A stretch of 64,000 nt of DNA from Candidatus Heimdallarchaeota archaeon (GCA_019058275.1 JAHLVW010000062.1:1-64000), one strand, 5' to 3'; shown: positions 1 through 10,858, counted from the stretch's first letter. Notes: a model not told the origin generated them from the sequence alone. A program made the numbers and translations.

Positions 1-366
1 ATGTAGATCTACACGGAAAATACCATGCTCTTCAGCAAGCTCTAATGCTTTAAGCAAGAGTCTTTTGCCAAACTTCTTACCTTTTGCTTTTGGCGTTACA
101 CCTAGTATTGATATATATGCAGCATTCTTATCTCGCCAATGTGGATAAAGTCCACAATAGCCTACTAATTCATCCTCTTGATCTATTGCTATTAAATCAG
201 CTATTGCAGATGTTTTATCAAGCCAATCATGCACTCTTTGTTCTGTATATGGAACTCCACCGCCAAATCCTCCAGGCCAAAGTTTATTGAACTCATTAAA
301 CATCTCAGCTGTTTGTTTCGCCATAGTTGGTTCATAGTTAACAATTCTATCTATTTTTTCACTCAT
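1..366 (-). CDS. GNAT family N-acetyltransferase (5' part, runs off the window start; not in ORF track)
   Basis: Hand translation from ATG at 366: MSEKIDRIVNYEPTMAKQTAEMFNEFN...LVGYCGLYPH...YISILGVTPKAKGKKFGKRLLLKALELAEEHGIFRVDLH, containing a GNAT motif A (V.P...GK.FG..LL). Confidence 0.8.
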   Translation of the reverse strand, partial: MSEKIDRIVNYEPTMAKQTAEMFNEFNKLWPGGFGGGVPYTEQRVHDWLDKTSAIADLIAIDQEDELVGYCGLYPHWRDKNAAYISILGVTPKAKGKKFGKRLLLKALELAEEHGIFRVDLH

Positions 367-618
367 AAGAAACAACTCTTAATTAATTCAGTTCCTTTTT
401 ACAATTTTAACAAAAGTAAATAAAAATTGAAAAGGACTTATTTGTTTTCTAACTTGTGTTTGAATATTTTTCCTATCATAATTCAATTTTATTAACACAC
501 CATTCTTTGTTGCCTTAATCTATTTGATAAATATATGTTAATTAGATATGAATTGGTCACTATATAATAAAAAAATGAGTAAATGTGACCATAAGCAATT
601 AACCAAAAAAAGGTTGTT

Positions 619-3453
619 TTAAGAAAATTTTAGTAGTTTGATTTCAAATGGTTCAAAAGCTGTATCAAATTCTCCTTTCTTAATGGCAATACTTTTCTTC
701 TTTGTTCCATCAATAAGGACTTCGTCACAATTGGAAAGATTGTCATGAGCAACTATTTTACTTGAGCATTTAATGTCGCTAATATTATAAAGTAAAATTA
801 ATGGTACATTATCTCTCATTCTTATAGATGAAATACGAATCATTGGATTTGTTACTGTTAAAATTGGTTTTGTTAAATTATTTTCTAGTGAGCTATTTTC
901 AAAAACAATGCTCTTAGAAGCTAAAGCGAAGACCTCAGCATGGTCATAAATATTTGCCATTGATAGTAATTTGGAGTGTATCATAATGCTATATTCAAAA
1001 GTATATTTTTGATCTAATTCTTGTGCACCAGGAGTTTCCATAAAGGGACCAGCATGAATGGGTCTTTCAGGGTAATCCTCTCGAGAAAGATAACCTATAG
1101 AACGTATCAAAGTTAAAGCAATCTTTGATTTCCCAACCAATTCTACTTCAGGTAATCCTTTGTTGAAAACTGTAATTGCTGCAAATCCTGCTTCATCGTT
1201 AACTCTAATGAATCTCTTTTGAGCTTGAATGCCTGATGGCATTTCAATATATTCCTTAGGTTTTATTGGATCTCCTTTTCGTTCTACATGTCCAAAATGC
1301 GTTGATGTTATCGAATGCTCACTCTCGAACGGCAAATCAAAACAGATACGAAGCCTATGATTCTTAGCAGTATTTTTCAACTCAGTTTTGATGTCAATTC
1401 TTGGTAGATCTTTGTAAAATCTGAATGTTGTTTTTACTGGTATCCTAGTTTTACCAATACGTTTGTCTCGAGCATCGTTTAACGTATAAAATGTATCAAT
1501 GTATAGTTCTTGCTCAATTTCACCGAAATCATGACCTTTATTGATTATCGTTCTTTTTACACCTTTAGCTTTTGAGACTACAGGATATAACCTGCTAAAT
1601 GTATATTCATCTCCTCTATCACCAAAATCCTCAAAACAATGTAAATGGTTGAATTGTTTTTCACTTATTTTATCATATAAATTAAATGTACCATCTTTAT
1701 TGAATGACAATTTATAGTATTCATTGCTTACAGAATTTTTCTCAATTGTAAAATTAGTACTATCTTTTTCCAAAATTGGTTCATCACTAAGTTCTACCTT
1801 GTTAAATGACCAAGGTTTTAGTGGGAACAGAGTACCAAAGGTTTGTTTTGAACCCATTGTTGCTTTAACGTAAAACTGCTTATATTTGCCTGAATTCAAA
1901 ACTTCAAGCATGTCTTCTTTCATCTTTTTAAGATCTAAATCACCTATGGGTCTAAGACCTAAGATTAATAGAATATTGCAAATTGAAGGATCAAAACCAT
2001 CTTTGATGGTAACTTCATTAATATAGAAATTCATTATTTTCCTGCCTGGAAGCATTTTCAAAGCAGATTTTAGCATGAAGGGTTTGAAAGTGTTTTCAAA
2101 TAACATTTCTTCTTTTGAGCTTAAAGGTTGCACAGTATGTTTAGTACCATTCTCTGTCAGGACACTTTGAATATTTAATTTAGAGGGAACCTCAAATTCA
2201 ACATACATAGGTAATTCTTGATTATTTGTCGGATTAAAAATTAAACATGTTGATTTTTCGTTTTCTTGTTTTTGTTCGTATATTTTTTCAAAGGAATCTT
2301 CGATAATTGTATCTGCTATTGATTCTGACCAATAATACCTTGACTTCATTTCTTCATGTGTTTGATCCACAGAACAACCACAAATTGAATCATGTGGTTG
2401 ATTTTTCAATAGCCATTTCCAAGCTAGTGTTAGATATGATGTAGGATAGCTTTGGTAATTATTAAAAGCTAAATAAGTACTAACTGGTTCTGCATAGTGG
2501 ACAAGGAGGTCTTCAGCTTTATTATCCCATTGTTTTATCCACATCCTTGCAGAATAGGTATCTTGTAATAAGGGTGCTCTTTCTGATGATCTAAATTCAC
2601 CGGAATAGATAGGTGGAAGGTAATTTGTCTTTTCTATCAATTGCTTTAATTGATCAATATAATCATTCAATAAGCTAATTTTTAGATTTGTATTTTTAAT
2701 TTTGATTTGAGGTAATAAATTGATAATGTAATCTTGAGCCATTTGATGATCAGTACCATTCATTAACAAGAAAATGGGTAAAGGAGAGTATGGTTTTAGC
2801 TCATCCATTTTGTCCTGTATTGTTTTCAAAAGCTCATTTTTATCATTTGGTAATGAAGCAGCATTTCCATAACCAAAAGGCATGTAATTACATAAGATGC
2901 TTGTAGACGCATTTTCATGACTCTTCCAAATGAAAGGAATAGTTGTAATCTCTGAACCAACGCCCCTCCAAATAACAGCTGCTTTGAAAGTTGTTAGATC
3001 TGAAAGTATTTGTGGAATAGCTCTTGTATGGCCAAAACAATCTGGCAAATAACCTATTTCCATCATTGGTATTTTTAGTTCATTTGCTAAATCTAAACTG
3101 ACTTCAAGATTTCGTATTAGACTCTCCTGACCAACTAACCATTCGTCTGGTAGAATGTACCACGGACCAACAGCTATTTTTCCAGTACGGATTAATTCAA
3201 GCAGTTTTTCCTTCTTCTCTGGATGGATTTCAAAGTAATCTTCTAAAACTATTGTTTGACCATCCAACATAAAATAATAGTCATCCTTGTCAAGTATCTC
3301 AAGTAATTGATTTACAAGTTTTACAAGCTTAAATCTGAAATTTTGAAATGGTAAATACCATTCCCTATCCCAATGAGTTGATGGTACAATAAAAACAAAA
3401 TTTTTTACTTCTGAAGTCAATTTCAAACATTCCATATAGATACTATATTTCAT
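619..3453 (-). CDS. Glycoside hydrolase family 38 alpha-mannosidase (MngB-like)
   Basis: THWDREWY, LDGQT, GPWY.LPDEWL, GYLPDCFGH and PHDSICGCS motifs; true start may lie slightly downstream. Confidence 0.93.
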   Translation of the reverse strand: MKYSIYMECLKLTSEVKNFVFIVPSTHWDREWYLPFQNFRFKLVKLVNQLLEILDKDDYYFMLDGQTIVLEDYFEIHPEKKEKLLELIRTGKIAVGPWYILPDEWLVGQESLIRNLEVSLDLANELKIPMMEIGYLPDCFGHTRAIPQILSDLTTFKAAVIWRGVGSEITTIPFIWKSHENASTSILCNYMPFGYGNAASLPNDKNELLKTIQDKMDELKPYSPLPIFLLMNGTDHQMAQDYIINLLPQIKIKNTNLKISLLNDYIDQLKQLIEKTNYLPPIYSGEFRSSERAPLLQDTYSARMWIKQWDNKAEDLLVHYAEPVSTYLAFNNYQSYPTSYLTLAWKWLLKNQPHDSICGCSVDQTHEEMKSRYYWSESIADTIIEDSFEKIYEQKQENEKSTCLIFNPTNNQELPMYVEFEVPSKLNIQSVLTENGTKHTVQPLSSKEEMLFENTFKPFMLKSALKMLPGRKIMNFYINEVTIKDGFDPSICNILLILGLRPIGDLDLKKMKEDMLEVLNSGKYKQFYVKATMGSKQTFGTLFPLKPWSFNKVELSDEPILEKDSTNFTIEKNSVSNEYYKLSFNKDGTFNLYDKISEKQFNHLHCFEDFGDRGDEYTFSRLYPVVSKAKGVKRTIINKGHDFGEIEQELYIDTFYTLNDARDKRIGKTRIPVKTTFRFYKDLPRIDIKTELKNTAKNHRLRICFDLPFESEHSITSTHFGHVERKGDPIKPKEYIEMPSGIQAQKRFIRVNDEAGFAAITVFNKGLPEVELVGKSKIALTLIRSIGYLSREDYPERPIHAGPFMETPGAQELDQKYTFEYSIMIHSKLLSMANIYDHAEVFALASKSIVFENSSLENNLTKPILTVTNPMIRISSIRMRDNVPLILLYNISDIKCSSKIVAHDNLSNCDEVLIDGTKKKSIAIKKGEFDTAFEPFEIKLLKFS

Positions 3454-3529
3454 TCTATAAGAATAAAAAAATTTACTTAAAGAAAAAAGGAAAAATGATT
3501 AGGAAAACTACGGATTGTTATTTTTGTTT

Positions 3530-4693
3530 CTATGTTTCATCCTCAAATTTTGTTCCACAGTCTAAACAGAATTTAGCCTTAGGTTCATTCATTGTTGAGC
3601 ATTCTTTACATTTTTTTCTCTTCTTCTTCCTTTTAGTTTTCTTTTCTTCTTTAGGCTTTTCTTCCTTTATTTCGGGTTTTATTTCATCCTCAATTACTAG
3701 TTCTTCTGGAATTTCCTCTATCATCTCTTCTGTTGGTGAAAATTCCTCTATCATACTCTTAGCTTGTGATAATAAACCAGCAACATTTGTAGCACTAGGT
3801 TTCAAGATAAGTGCTCTTTCTAACATTACAACAGCTTTTTCAAAATCCTTGATTGTATAATAGGCTAAACCTAATCCTGCTGTAGCAAGATAATTCTCAA
3901 TGTCAATGGTTAGAATCTCTTTCCAAATATCTATTGCTCCGTTTGGATTCCCTCTTGACATTTCTTCTAGAGCAAGATTTCCTTTCTGCTCAACTCGTGT
4001 TAATGGTCTTTTTGATCTTGGTAGATTTGGATCTCGTATTATACTTTGATTTTGCGTTCTTCTTAATCGCGGTTGTCTTTCTACAAGTAAAGAAAGCTCG
4101 CTGGGTTCCCTTCTAGATTTAACAACAAAGAAAATAACCAAACCACCAATAAGTGCTAAAACTATTGGTACAAATATTATAATATAAACTAAAAAACCAT
4201 CAAATGAAAGAATTGATGGTTCCCCAATGTAAACTACATTGGCAAAATAGGTAATTTGTGTCAATTGTTCTCCTGTATTTTCAAATACTATTACCCAATA
4301 TTCTTCTTTTTTGAACCTCCATACATCTGAGTCACTTAGTTTTCCTCTTGACAACCTATATTTCTCATGTTTAGCATCCAATAGCCAATTAGTATAATCG
4401 CTTTCTGTCATAGTATAAACAGTAATTTTAGAAGCTGTTGAAAAAAATGTCCAATTGAAACCATGCTCATCAGTATAAGCATTTGGTGCAGTAATTCGAC
4501 GATGTTCTGCTGGTCCCATAAAAGCTGTTACACATCCTCCTAGTAAATTATCTGATTGAGTGCTTTTTGCTGATGACTTAAAAACAGTACTAATCTGAAC
4601 TGTACTCAAAGAGAAAATAAGAAAGAATATAATGCTATAAATTAACTTACTTTTGTTTCCCTTTTTCATTTCTGTAAACATCCAACTATCCAT
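3530..4693 (-). CDS. Single-pass membrane protein: signal peptide, beta-sandwich (GOLD-like) ectodomain, TM, TPR repeats, C-terminal zinc ribbon
   Basis: Hydrophobic N-terminus; YWVIVFEN strand; TM at about aa 167-190; TPR pattern (LGLAYY...A...LERAL.L.P); CxxC..N...AKFCxxCG. Confidence 0.75.
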   Translation of the reverse strand: MDSWMFTEMKKGNKSKLIYSIIFFLIFSLSTVQISTVFKSSAKSTQSDNLLGGCVTAFMGPAEHRRITAPNAYTDEHGFNWTFFSTASKITVYTMTESDYTNWLLDAKHEKYRLSRGKLSDSDVWRFKKEEYWVIVFENTGEQLTQITYFANVVYIGEPSILSFDGFLVYIIIFVPIVLALIGGLVIFFVVKSRREPSELSLLVERQPRLRRTQNQSIIRDPNLPRSKRPLTRVEQKGNLALEEMSRGNPNGAIDIWKEILTIDIENYLATAGLGLAYYTIKDFEKAVVMLERALILKPSATNVAGLLSQAKSMIEEFSPTEEMIEEIPEELVIEDEIKPEIKEEKPKEEKKTKRKKKRKKCKECSTMNEPKAKFCLDCGTKFEDET

Positions 4694-4772
4694 GTTTAAC
4701 TCTACAATTTTTTTCAGTTAATTTTAATTATAAATTATTTGTTAATTTTCAAGAAAATTGTTTTGTTATATT

Positions 4773-5648
4773 TTAGTCAAATATTTCTGGAACATTTTTC
4801 CTTATATATTCCATTGAATCAATTGCTTCCTGTAATGATAGTTCAAATACTAATGGACCAGAAAAATTCTGCTTATCTAACGTTAAAAGTAATTCTTTTA
4901 CTGGAAGGTCATGTGTTCCTAATGGTTTATGGTCAATTCTTGGATAAGATCCATCATGAAGATGTATTTCAGCAAAACGATCAATGTAACTATTAACGAA
5001 ATCCAGAGTGTCAATTTTTCCTGAAAAACCAGCTAATAAATGACCAGTATCAAAACAAACACTAAGATCATGTTCTTCAATTATTGGATACATTATTTCA
5101 AAAGGGAATTCGATATTTTCTATAGCAATTTTTCTTGGAGGAAGATTAGATTCTTCAAGAACCTTTTTGATTGATTCTTCAGCAAAAGCTGCAAATTGTT
5201 GAGCAATGAATTCCTTAACAAAATCTGGCAAGTTCATATGTAAAAATTCTACTGTTAAAGCTCCCGTTGGATGTAATACCCAACAGATAGGATCCAATGA
5301 TTTTGTTAATTCAATACATTCGATTAGCGTTTTAACAGAACCATTGCGTATATGTTCTGAGAAAGCAGCTGGTTCAATTCCCCAAAGAGGAAGATGAACA
5401 GAATAAGTGATTTTCTCTTTCTTTTTGAATTTAGCAAGGTTATTGATTACCTCTGGAGTTAAAACACCTGGAAGTACATATGGTAGATCACCTGTTATTT
5501 CAATATGATTGAAACCAGCATCAACTGATTTTTTCATGACATCTATGTAATTAACATTAGAGAAATCAATCTCACCATTCATAATTAGTTTGAAAAAATC
5601 AGAAAAATCAAAAGGACGATTGCCAAATATCAAACCCAACATTATCAC
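4773..5648 (-). CDS. AP endonuclease 2 / xylose isomerase-like TIM barrel, resembling cobamide-remodelling phosphodiesterase CbiR
   Basis: SVHLPLW, VLHP, IEN, CFDTGH, EIHLHD, DHKPLG, LVFEL metal motifs. Confidence 0.7.
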   Translation of the reverse strand: MIMLGLIFGNRPFDFSDFFKLIMNGEIDFSNVNYIDVMKKSVDAGFNHIEITGDLPYVLPGVLTPEVINNLAKFKKKEKITYSVHLPLWGIEPAAFSEHIRNGSVKTLIECIELTKSLDPICWVLHPTGALTVEFLHMNLPDFVKEFIAQQFAAFAEESIKKVLEESNLPPRKIAIENIEFPFEIMYPIIEEHDLSVCFDTGHLLAGFSGKIDTLDFVNSYIDRFAEIHLHDGSYPRIDHKPLGTHDLPVKELLLTLDKQNFSGPLVFELSLQEAIDSMEYIRKNVPEIFD

Positions 5649-5657
5649 CTACAATTA

Positions 5658-7049
5658 CTAATTAGTCTCATCTATTTCTTTATCATTGGAAATGCTATCT
5701 AGTTGTTTAACTTCCTTTTCTTTACTGATAAAAGGGTCGAAGTTGCCTAGCATTAGTACGGGAAGTGAAGCAAGAATAAAAACAGCTGCGATTGGACCTA
5801 ACCAATACAATCGAAATATTTTGTATTCATCATTCAGAAATCCGACAAGTATTAAAGCAATTGCTTGAAAGATGTTAAGTGGAATTGAATTGAAACCCGT
5901 ATACATGCCTGCACGCTTTTCATTAGTTTTCTTTTCATCCATGGCAGCAATATCTGCTACAATAGCATATGGAAAGAGATATGGGGCTGATAAACCAACA
6001 CCAATTAAGAAAGCATAAAGATATCCAATATAATCAAAAGTTAATGTTCCAGCAGGAATTATTTTGAAGATCATTGAAAATGGAAGCACTAAAACTAGGA
6101 AAGAAAAACCAATGATGATTGACCATTTCTTCCCTATTCGTTTAGAAATAGGAATCCAAGCTAGGAAGCAAACCATAACAGTTCCAAAAACTAACAAACC
6201 GAAGACTACTGTCGGAACCATGGTTGTAAATCCTAAAATATCCGTAGCAAAATCCAACACAAGTGCAGTTATTAACGTTAAACCCATAGAATAAAGTCCT
6301 TGTGCCATAAACCATATTACATAATCCTTGTTGCTTAAAACTACTTTGAATTCCCTCATGAGATTTCTTTCTTTTCGCTCAACATCCTTTTCCTTTATCA
6401 TTAATAAAGTAGGAAGGAAGAAAAGCATTTCAATAACTGCGAATCCAACAATAGTAGCTAGTAAAATTGTGCTTGCTGTTCCTGACAATCCCTCACCTTC
6501 ACTTAGTTTGAGCAATCCAGGAATCAGAAAAACATATCCAAAACCAAGTAGTGATGAAAATAGATTTGTGAAGTTCTGCAAACCAGACATGCTAACTCGA
6601 TCTTCTTCTGTTGTTATTTCAGCCATCCATGATTGATAAGGAGTTAACAGAAATCCATAGAATAGATTAAATGATGAATTCCAGATTAACAGCCAAAAGA
6701 AGACTGAAAGAGTACTTTCTGCAGAAATAAATAGATGAGGAATGAACAACATAACAAAAGACAGTGCCAATAAGGGTGAACCTATCCAAATGAAAATTTT
6801 CCTTCTACCAGCTTTTGATGGAGGAAGAATATCTGATATATAACCAAAAATAAAACCGGAAAAAGCAATTACAATTTTCCCAATGGCTACAGCTGAAGCA
6901 TTCATGTAAATGTAATCTTGTAAACCAAAGACATTGTCATAAATCCAAATAGTTGCTAAAGATACCACATTCATGAAAATGCTAGTTCCAAAACGACATA
7001 TCCCATAAGCAACTTTCTGTTTGGTTGAGAGAATTGACATTTCAATCAC
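5658..7049 (-). CDS. MFS transporter, GPH (MelB-like) family
   Basis: About 12 TM helices; GYISD...GRRK, PYQSWMAEIT..R, ADI..D...R.G.Y.G. Confidence 0.9.
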   Translation of the reverse strand: MIEMSILSTKQKVAYGICRFGTSIFMNVVSLATIWIYDNVFGLQDYIYMNASAVAIGKIVIAFSGFIFGYISDILPPSKAGRRKIFIWIGSPLLALSFVMLFIPHLFISAESTLSVFFWLLIWNSSFNLFYGFLLTPYQSWMAEITTEEDRVSMSGLQNFTNLFSSLLGFGYVFLIPGLLKLSEGEGLSGTASTILLATIVGFAVIEMLFFLPTLLMIKEKDVERKERNLMREFKVVLSNKDYVIWFMAQGLYSMGLTLITALVLDFATDILGFTTMVPTVVFGLLVFGTVMVCFLAWIPISKRIGKKWSIIIGFSFLVLVLPFSMIFKIIPAGTLTFDYIGYLYAFLIGVGLSAPYLFPYAIVADIAAMDEKKTNEKRAGMYTGFNSIPLNIFQAIALILVGFLNDEYKIFRLYWLGPIAAVFILASLPVLMLGNFDPFISKEKEVKQLDSISNDKEIDETN

Positions 7050-7172
7050 TACAAAGGATTTGAGACTAATACGATTGTTATTACGAGATTATCTTTAAGA
7101 ATTCTTCAAAAAAATCGAACAAAGATGATTTCTAAGATAACAAATATAAAGTTTTTTTTCTAATAGTATTAT

Positions 7173-8093
7173 ATGTCTTATTCAAATTTCACTTTCACTG
7201 ACCATCTAGGTATAGAATTATTTGTACATAAATGGATGCCTAAAAAAAACATTCCAGTTAAAGGTTTGATATGCATAGCTCATGGAATGGCTGAACATGC
7301 ACTAAGATATGAACACTTTGCCAATGCATTAAATAAAGAAGGTTATGCAGTATATGCACATGATCTGCGTGGTCATGGCAAAACATTAGGATCAGGTATC
7401 AAAGGTTGGATAGGAGAAGATGGTTGGAAGGGAGTTATATTAGATTTCAAGAAATTATTAGAAATAATGAAAGAGGAAAATCCCAATACTCCTCTCTTTC
7501 TTTATGGACATAGTATAGGTAGTATTATAGCTCAAGATATTATACAGCAATATGGTAGTTTAGTCAGTGGTGTAATACTTAGCTCAACTTGGGGTAAACA
7601 AGATCTTTTGCTGGTTTCATTAATTCTGGGAAGAATTATAGTACTCTTTAGAGGTAAAAAAAGAGAAGCAGGATTATATTACAAATTGGGAGTTGAAGTT
7701 TGTAATAAACCATTTGAACCCTCTAACTCATCTAATAGTTGGATTTCTACACTTGAGGAAGAAGTAAAGAAATATGATGATGATCCATTATGTGGTTTTA
7801 AATCTACGAATGATTTCTTTTTGGAAACTTCAAAAGCAATCCATCGAATATGGAAGAAGAAGAATGAATCATTAATACCTAAGGAATTGCCAATTTTCAT
7901 GGTTTCTGGTTCAGAAGATAGTGTTACTAACTTCACTAAATATTTCATGCTATTATTTAATAGATACAAAAAGCATGGTATTAAAGATCTTAATTACAAA
8001 ATCTATCAAGATGCACGTCATGAAACACTAAATGATTTTACTAGAGATGAGGCAATCTCTGATATTATCAAATTCCTCAATGATAGAATCTAG
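7173..8093 (+). CDS. Alpha/beta hydrolase, lysophospholipase/monoacylglycerol lipase family
   Basis: HGMAEH, DLRGHG, GHSIG nucleophile elbow, SGSED, RHE. Confidence 0.9.
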   Translation: MSYSNFTFTDHLGIELFVHKWMPKKNIPVKGLICIAHGMAEHALRYEHFANALNKEGYAVYAHDLRGHGKTLGSGIKGWIGEDGWKGVILDFKKLLEIMKEENPNTPLFLYGHSIGSIIAQDIIQQYGSLVSGVILSSTWGKQDLLLVSLILGRIIVLFRGKKREAGLYYKLGVEVCNKPFEPSNSSNSWISTLEEEVKKYDDDPLCGFKSTNDFFLETSKAIHRIWKKKNESLIPKELPIFMVSGSEDSVTNFTKYFMLLFNRYKKHGIKDLNYKIYQDARHETLNDFTRDEAISDIIKFLNDRI

Positions 8094-8149
8094 CCATACA
8101 ATGTTGAGTATGCAAAAGAAGCGATAACCATACATTAAATTAACTTCGC

Positions 8150-8941
8150 TTACTTCTTCTCTCTAAGCTTATTTTTAGAACAGATATAAGCTGTATATGA
8201 TTCAGGTTTTACAAATCCTAGTTTGATTGCGAATTTTGATGATATTTCGTTGTCTGCATCCCAAAAAGGAGTAATGCCTTTTTCTAAACTTTCTTTGATT
8301 AATGCAGCTGTTGCTATAGACGCAAAACCCTTTCGTCTAAATCTTGGAGCTGGATCAGTTATTGCTTGAATATCAAATTTATTATCATGAATTGGCATGG
8401 ACGATCCTGCCATACTTACAACATAGTCGCTTTCTTTTATACAATATCCAAGCCCCTTAGTTTCAAATTCCTCTGGTGTTTTAAAGAATGGCAAAAAACC
8501 TGGAGCAAGTTTTGGATTCAATTTTTGTATAGTCTTGCTATCAACTTTTTCTAAAATAAATCCTTCTGGAAGTTTCTGTTCTAGTATTTCATTACATCTT
8601 TCAATTGATAGTTTTTCACTTGAAAATTTAGTTCTAGGGTATGGAGATAAAACTAATTTATCCTTTACTAATTCCAACCATTTGTCATCAGGAAACAGCA
8701 ACATCCTATTTTCTACAACATACTTCAAAAGCTCTTCTGCATGTTCATTCTCGCTATCTCCTACTATAAATTCTAGAACTTTAAATGATAATAAAGCAAT
8801 CTGAGGATTATCAATATTATCAACAAAAACATCCCCTTCTTTTTCTTTTAATATTGAATTAATTGTTATCGTCAGATATTTATGATTACTAAAAAGTGGT
8901 AAAAGATCTTCATACTTGTCTTTAGGATATTCCACTATCAT
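8150..8941 (-). CDS. GNAT acetyltransferase
   Basis: FRRKGFA motif A; P.WDADN..S...A.KLGF. Confidence 0.85.
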   Translation of the reverse strand: MIVEYPKDKYEDLLPLFSNHKYLTITINSILKEKEGDVFVDNIDNPQIALLSFKVLEFIVGDSENEHAEELLKYVVENRMLLFPDDKWLELVKDKLVLSPYPRTKFSSEKLSIERCNEILEQKLPEGFILEKVDSKTIQKLNPKLAPGFLPFFKTPEEFETKGLGYCIKESDYVVSMAGSSMPIHDNKFDIQAITDPAPRFRRKGFASIATAALIKESLEKGITPFWDADNEISSKFAIKLGFVKPESYTAYICSKNKLREKK

Positions 8942-9042
8942 CTAACTCAAACCTAGAATTTACTCTATACAAAGAAGCTCTAATCAACTATTTAATTGCT
9001 TTTTAATGAGTTGAATACTTTATTTGTTTTTACAGTAATAAC

Positions 9043-10746
9043 TCAATTCCAATCTTTCTTTTCTGCCTCTTTGGATTTCACTTTATTTTCCGGATAAGCA
9101 ACAAGTGAAACCGTTTCACCATATTTTGTTGATGTTTTTCTCTTTCTAAATTTAACCAAAATAGGTATTCGTAAAGCTGCACCAGATAGTACGCCTGTTC
9201 CTCTCTCAAGATAAGGTAGCAGACCAATGTACCTTTCTGCGAATCCAGCAAGGATATCCTTTGCAACATTTAAATCAGATTGCTCAGTAATCCTCAAAAT
9301 AAGTTTTGAGTTACATTGAGAAAGTATATCACGATCCAAACCACTAGGTCTTTGACTAACAATTCCTAATCCGGCCCCCATTTTTCTACCCTCTCGAGCA
9401 AACCATTCAATAGCACGTTTAGTTGGGGATTCACCAATTGGTATAAATCGATGTGCTTCCTCTATCAGAAGAAAAACTCTTTGAATTTCCTTCCTTTCCA
9501 TTGTTCTTCTTAAACGATTCAAATAACTAGAGACAAATATTCGTCTTGCTCTTTCATCTAAACCTGGTTGTGAAACATCTAGAATTGTTATTACTTCGGG
9601 ACCAAAATGCTTTCTTACACTAGCAAGATTTGAAAGGTCTCTAGCTTTTTCATTAGATTCTCTTCTGCGATAATTGCTGTCATATTCTTGTATTATTGAA
9701 CCAGTCATATGACAGATTGAACCATCTAATTCAGTGAAGAAACCCATTTTTCTAAAAACTTCAAGCTTTCTTGTGATTGGTCTCCTACTACTACCGTCTA
9801 TAATGTTATTCTCAATACCAAAACCAAGGAAACCGTCAATATCATAACAAACTGCAAATCCAAAAGAATCGCGTATTGCATACCAAGTGTTCTCAATTTT
9901 TTCCTTTTGTGTGGATGTTAAGTCATACATAAAACTAAACATTTCAGAAGTTGATATTTCTGAAAAGAGCATAGTAACAGGTTCAATCTTGAGATTAACA
10001 TCTAGTTTCTTGGACATTTTTTGCATCAGATTATGGTATCTAGGGAGATATCGATTGGGATAAAGAACATTAACAAAGTATTTTGGTAGGGAACCCTCAC
10101 CTTTTGGACCTGTTGTTTGAGATAAACCCCAGTATTCTCCATGTGGATCCACAATCAAAGTAGGTAGACCGAATTCTGTGAATTCTTCAATTATAACTCC
10201 TGTTGCATACGATTTTCCACTACCTCTTGAACCAAAAATTGCTAAACCATCAGAACCTAAAGTGTTAGGATTTAATCTTACAACAATTTCTCCAGAATGT
10301 TCAGAGAAGAGACCTACATCCATGACTCCTCTTTCTTTTCCAAATACTGCCAGCTTTAACAAATCGTCCCTGCATTCAAAAACCATAGATCCTGGTGAGA
10401 TCCAAGCATTTGGTGTTGATAAATCACCACTATGGGAGATGTTTGATACAAGTACAACTTCTATAACATGGAATTCAGTAAATTCCAACATTGAACGAGA
10501 TTCTAAAGAGCGTCTAAGACGATCCATCCAAAATTTTGCATACCGTTCATCACTTAGCTGAGGATTTTCAGCTCTAATATTGGTTACTCTACCGATAATC
10601 GTATTACCATTTGCCAAAGGAATGCTAACAAAACTACCTTCTACTATATCTTCGTGTTCTACATTTTCATCTAATCGAACAACTACTGTTCCTTGTTCCT
10701 TTGAAACCCCTAAAACAAATCCTATCTTCTTTGAACCTTTTGGCAA
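9043..10746 (-). CDS. herA: HerA-like (DUF87) hexameric ATPase/helicase with N-terminal HAS barrel
   Basis: Walker A GSRGSGKS, DPHGEY, Walker B LLIEEAHRF, REGRK.G, SQRPS. Confidence 0.85.
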   Translation of the reverse strand: MPKGSKKIGFVLGVSKEQGTVVVRLDENVEHEDIVEGSFVSIPLANGNTIIGRVTNIRAENPQLSDERYAKFWMDRLRRSLESRSMLEFTEFHVIEVVLVSNISHSGDLSTPNAWISPGSMVFECRDDLLKLAVFGKERGVMDVGLFSEHSGEIVVRLNPNTLGSDGLAIFGSRGSGKSYATGVIIEEFTEFGLPTLIVDPHGEYWGLSQTTGPKGEGSLPKYFVNVLYPNRYLPRYHNLMQKMSKKLDVNLKIEPVTMLFSEISTSEMFSFMYDLTSTQKEKIENTWYAIRDSFGFAVCYDIDGFLGFGIENNIIDGSSRRPITRKLEVFRKMGFFTELDGSICHMTGSIIQEYDSNYRRRESNEKARDLSNLASVRKHFGPEVITILDVSQPGLDERARRIFVSSYLNRLRRTMERKEIQRVFLLIEEAHRFIPIGESPTKRAIEWFAREGRKMGAGLGIVSQRPSGLDRDILSQCNSKLILRITEQSDLNVAKDILAGFAERYIGLLPYLERGTGVLSGAALRIPILVKFRKRKTSTKYGETVSLVAYPENKVKSKEAEKKDWN

Positions 10747-10858
10747 TTTTGTAACCTACCATCTTATGTGAAAGTACTGTTCCTTAATTTAATTTTGGGA
10801 GATAGTTAAATAAACCCGACTATTTTAAACAGAAAAAGTTTCATTTTAAAAGTAAAGA

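Noticed and set aside
555-590. GGTCAC...GTGACC inverted repeat resembling the bactofilin operator half-sites
   Set aside because: The spacer is 24 bp rather than 5, with no 13-bp periodic array; more likely a terminator-region stem or chance.
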